A stretch of DNA of 63,217 nucleotides, the filler included, from an uncultured bacterium (GTDB lineage Bacteria > DYJV01), in NCBI GenBank assembly GCA_964543655.1. It is 4 parts of 4 records of this genome, joined end to end, with 100 filler letters (N's around TTAATTAATTAA, not from the genome) between each part and the next. Parts side by side here need not be neighbours in the genome. Positions count along the whole stretch, not along the records: positions 60,998 to 63,217 come from CAZIZE010000056.1; 3 more parts are not named here. One strand, 5' to 3'. Position numbers and translations under genes: made by a program. Positions 61,521 to 63,217 of this stretch are shown here, piece by piece. Within the stretch, counting starts at the first letter, position 1; each line of letters opens with the position of its first letter. The notes below the pieces were generated by a model. It did not search any database. It had not been told where the DNA came from and saw only the letters and a program-made list of their open reading frames with translations.

Positions 61521-62267
61521 CTAATTTTTAGCAGGAATATATCCAAATTTTTTAAAAACACCTATATTTTTGACAATGAATTTAAAAAGTGTTTTAGCTT
61601 TTTTGACGTTTGAGGAGTACTTAAGAATAGCAAGTGGAGCAGTATCATAAACAGCAAATTTTTCTGGAATTTTAAAATATGGTATATGGCTGTTTAAGGC
61701 AACTGATTCAAATAAAAGTCCAACATCAACTATATTCATTTTAACGTAATTTTGAATTTGGGAAATGTTCAAAGCTTTTATAATACAATATTTGTCAATA
61801 CATTCTGAAATTCTTTTGGGAAGTTTTAATTTAAGTTTATTATAAATTTTTCCCATTGCCATTGCTTTTGGGTCACCAAGTGCAATTTTTATCCCATTAT
61901 TGCAAAGATCAGATAATTTAGTTATCTTATAATTTGTTTTTGGGCTATAAGCAAAAACAGGAACTTGTTTAATTAAATCAATTGATTTTAAAATAATTTT
62001 TTTCTTTTTAGCAAGGGACATAAAATATTCTGCTCCTGGCATATATATATCACCTTTTTTCGAGAAATATATTTTTTGAAGTAAAATACCTGACCCACCC
62101 GCTATTATAACAACTTTGTCATGATAAGTTGATTCATACAATTCCTTTATCTTATTTGCTGGTTTAATAAAAGCTGCACCAATATACCAGTAAATATCTG
62201 ATGACAAACAGTTTACAGATAATGTTATAATCAATAAAAAAATTAGTTTTAATGTGCGTTGAAACAT
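61521..62267 (-). CDS. modA: Molybdate/tungstate ABC transporter substrate-binding protein (ModA-like)
   Basis: Signal peptide, GGSG.L..I, GDIYMP, ALGDPKAMAMG; ModE box upstream of the unit. Confidence 0.75.
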   Translation of the reverse strand: MFQRTLKLIFLLIITLSVNCLSSDIYWYIGAAFIKPANKIKELYESTYHDKVVIIAGGSGILLQKIYFSKKGDIYMPGAEYFMSLAKKKKIILKSIDLIKQVPVFAYSPKTNYKITKLSDLCNNGIKIALGDPKAMAMGKIYNKLKLKLPKRISECIDKYCIIKALNISQIQNYVKMNIVDVGLLFESVALNSHIPYFKIPEKFAVYDTAPLAILKYSSNVKKAKTLFKFIVKNIGVFKKFGYIPAKN

Positions 62268-62986
62268 AGCCTCTCCAAATTTAACAAATTTGCCACCCCT
62301 GCAATTGTAACTCCATAAAAAATAGTTTTTGATGAAAAATTTAAAATATTATCAATAGTGTTATTTACTATAGTGGAGCCTGTTGCAAGAGTTAAGTGAG
62401 CTCTCTTTAAAATTTTTTCTAAAAAAACTGAAGAATCAATTATTTCTACACCATGAAATTTTTTACCAATATTGTCAGGATTAAGATCAAGTATGAAAAC
62501 TTTTTCTTTTCCAAATTTTTTAATTAATTCCAATGCAAATCCTGGCTGTAAACCAACAAGAGCTAAATTTTTAATATTTGAGTTATAAAATAGGAAATCT
62601 GCAACCTTTTTAGCACAATCTTCAAGCTCAAAATTTTTACAATGAATAGAGTTATTAACAATTTTTAGGTGCCTCATAATTGCATTTAAAGTACTAACAA
62701 AAATAGCTCTTTCCCTGTTGTTCGTAAGGGGTAAATTTAAAATATTTTGAAGAGAATCAGAAAAATCTGAAGGTTCATCTGTAAAAGCCTGTCCCTTAGA
62801 ATCTTTAAAAACAGCTTCTATCATTACCTCTTTACCATTGAGTAATGGGTAATCATCTCTTTTGGGTTTCCCTACAACTTCTTCTGGTAATAGAGGTACC
62901 ATTCTTATTTGAATAGGCTTGTTTAAAATATCGTAATTTCTAATTATTTTTAAAAATTTCTCTTTTGCTTTTTCTAAAATATACAT
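62249..62986 (-). CDS. DUF364/Rossmann-like domain protein
   Basis: GQAFTD, TLNA, C-x7-C, LVG.QP, ATGSTIVN, YGVT; ATG 62986 with GGAGG SD. Confidence 0.7.
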   Translation of the reverse strand: MYILEKAKEKFLKIIRNYDILNKPIQIRMVPLLPEEVVGKPKRDDYPLLNGKEVMIEAVFKDSKGQAFTDEPSDFSDSLQNILNLPLTNNRERAIFVSTLNAIMRHLKIVNNSIHCKNFELEDCAKKVADFLFYNSNIKNLALVGLQPGFALELIKKFGKEKVFILDLNPDNIGKKFHGVEIIDSSVFLEKILKRAHLTLATGSTIVNNTIDNILNFSSKTIFYGVTIAGVANLLNLERLCFNAH

Positions 62987-63006
62987 ATCTCTTTCCTCCT
63001 TATTCC

Positions 63007-63030
63007 CGTTATATTTTAATAAAAATAACG
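63007..63030. promoter_or_regulatory. Putative ModE binding site
   Basis: CGTTATATT-N6-AAAATAACG versus consensus CGTTATATA-N6-TATATAACG (15/18). Confidence 0.7.
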
Positions 63031-63184
63031 ACAAAGGTCAACAATTTTTTAACATAAATAGAATTTTAAAATTTATAATGTTAATCCAAACTTAAAATCC
63101 TAAAAATAACTATATCTGCATATACTCATAATTTTTTCTGTGAATTATCTTGAAAATTGACCTGTTTTTTTCATGAAAATTTAC

Positions 63185-63217
63185 ACCCTCAAAATGACAG
63201 CTTTTGTGGTAAATAGA
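63185..63217 (+). repeat. 33-bp repeat shared with 22152-22184
   Basis: accctcaaaatgacagcttttgtggtaaataga versus accctgaaaataacagcttttgtgctaaataaa, 4 mismatches. Confidence 0.6.

Overview
Low-GC bacterial chromosome, almost all housekeeping genes on the minus strand. The acpP-fabF-rpiB-glyA-dCMP deaminase and cmk-ispH-rpsA-sppA gene orders suggest a Deltaproteobacteria/Desulfobacterota-like anaerobe (inference). The window is four contigs joined by three artificial 100-bp N44-TTAATTAATTAA-N44 linkers (22864-22963, 49317-49416, 60898-60997), so adjacency across them is unreliable. It holds about 50 genes for central metabolism, c-di-GMP signalling, transport and flagella, plus tRNA-Phe(GAA) and tRNA-Ser(GGA), neither with an encoded CCA. 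Most interesting: (1) three families of ~170-200 bp non-coding elements with terminal inverted repeats that abut each other. Two carry GATTC..GAATGAC REP-like palindromes, two carry heptamer arrays, one has a dif-like 11-6-11 site, and two inverted copies flank an rhuM remnant. (2) A Cys-rich PAS pseudo-histidine kinase upstream of a macrodomain hydrolase and propionyl-CoA synthetase. (3) A receiver/PEP-synthase-N-domain fusion coupled to a Na+/H+ antiporter. (4) A predicted CC-only tRNA nucleotidyltransferase. (5) A DUF364-modA unit behind a ModE box, and an orphan yqeC. No CRISPR array, rRNA, prophage or transposase was seen. All family assignments come from reading motifs by eye; no searches were run.
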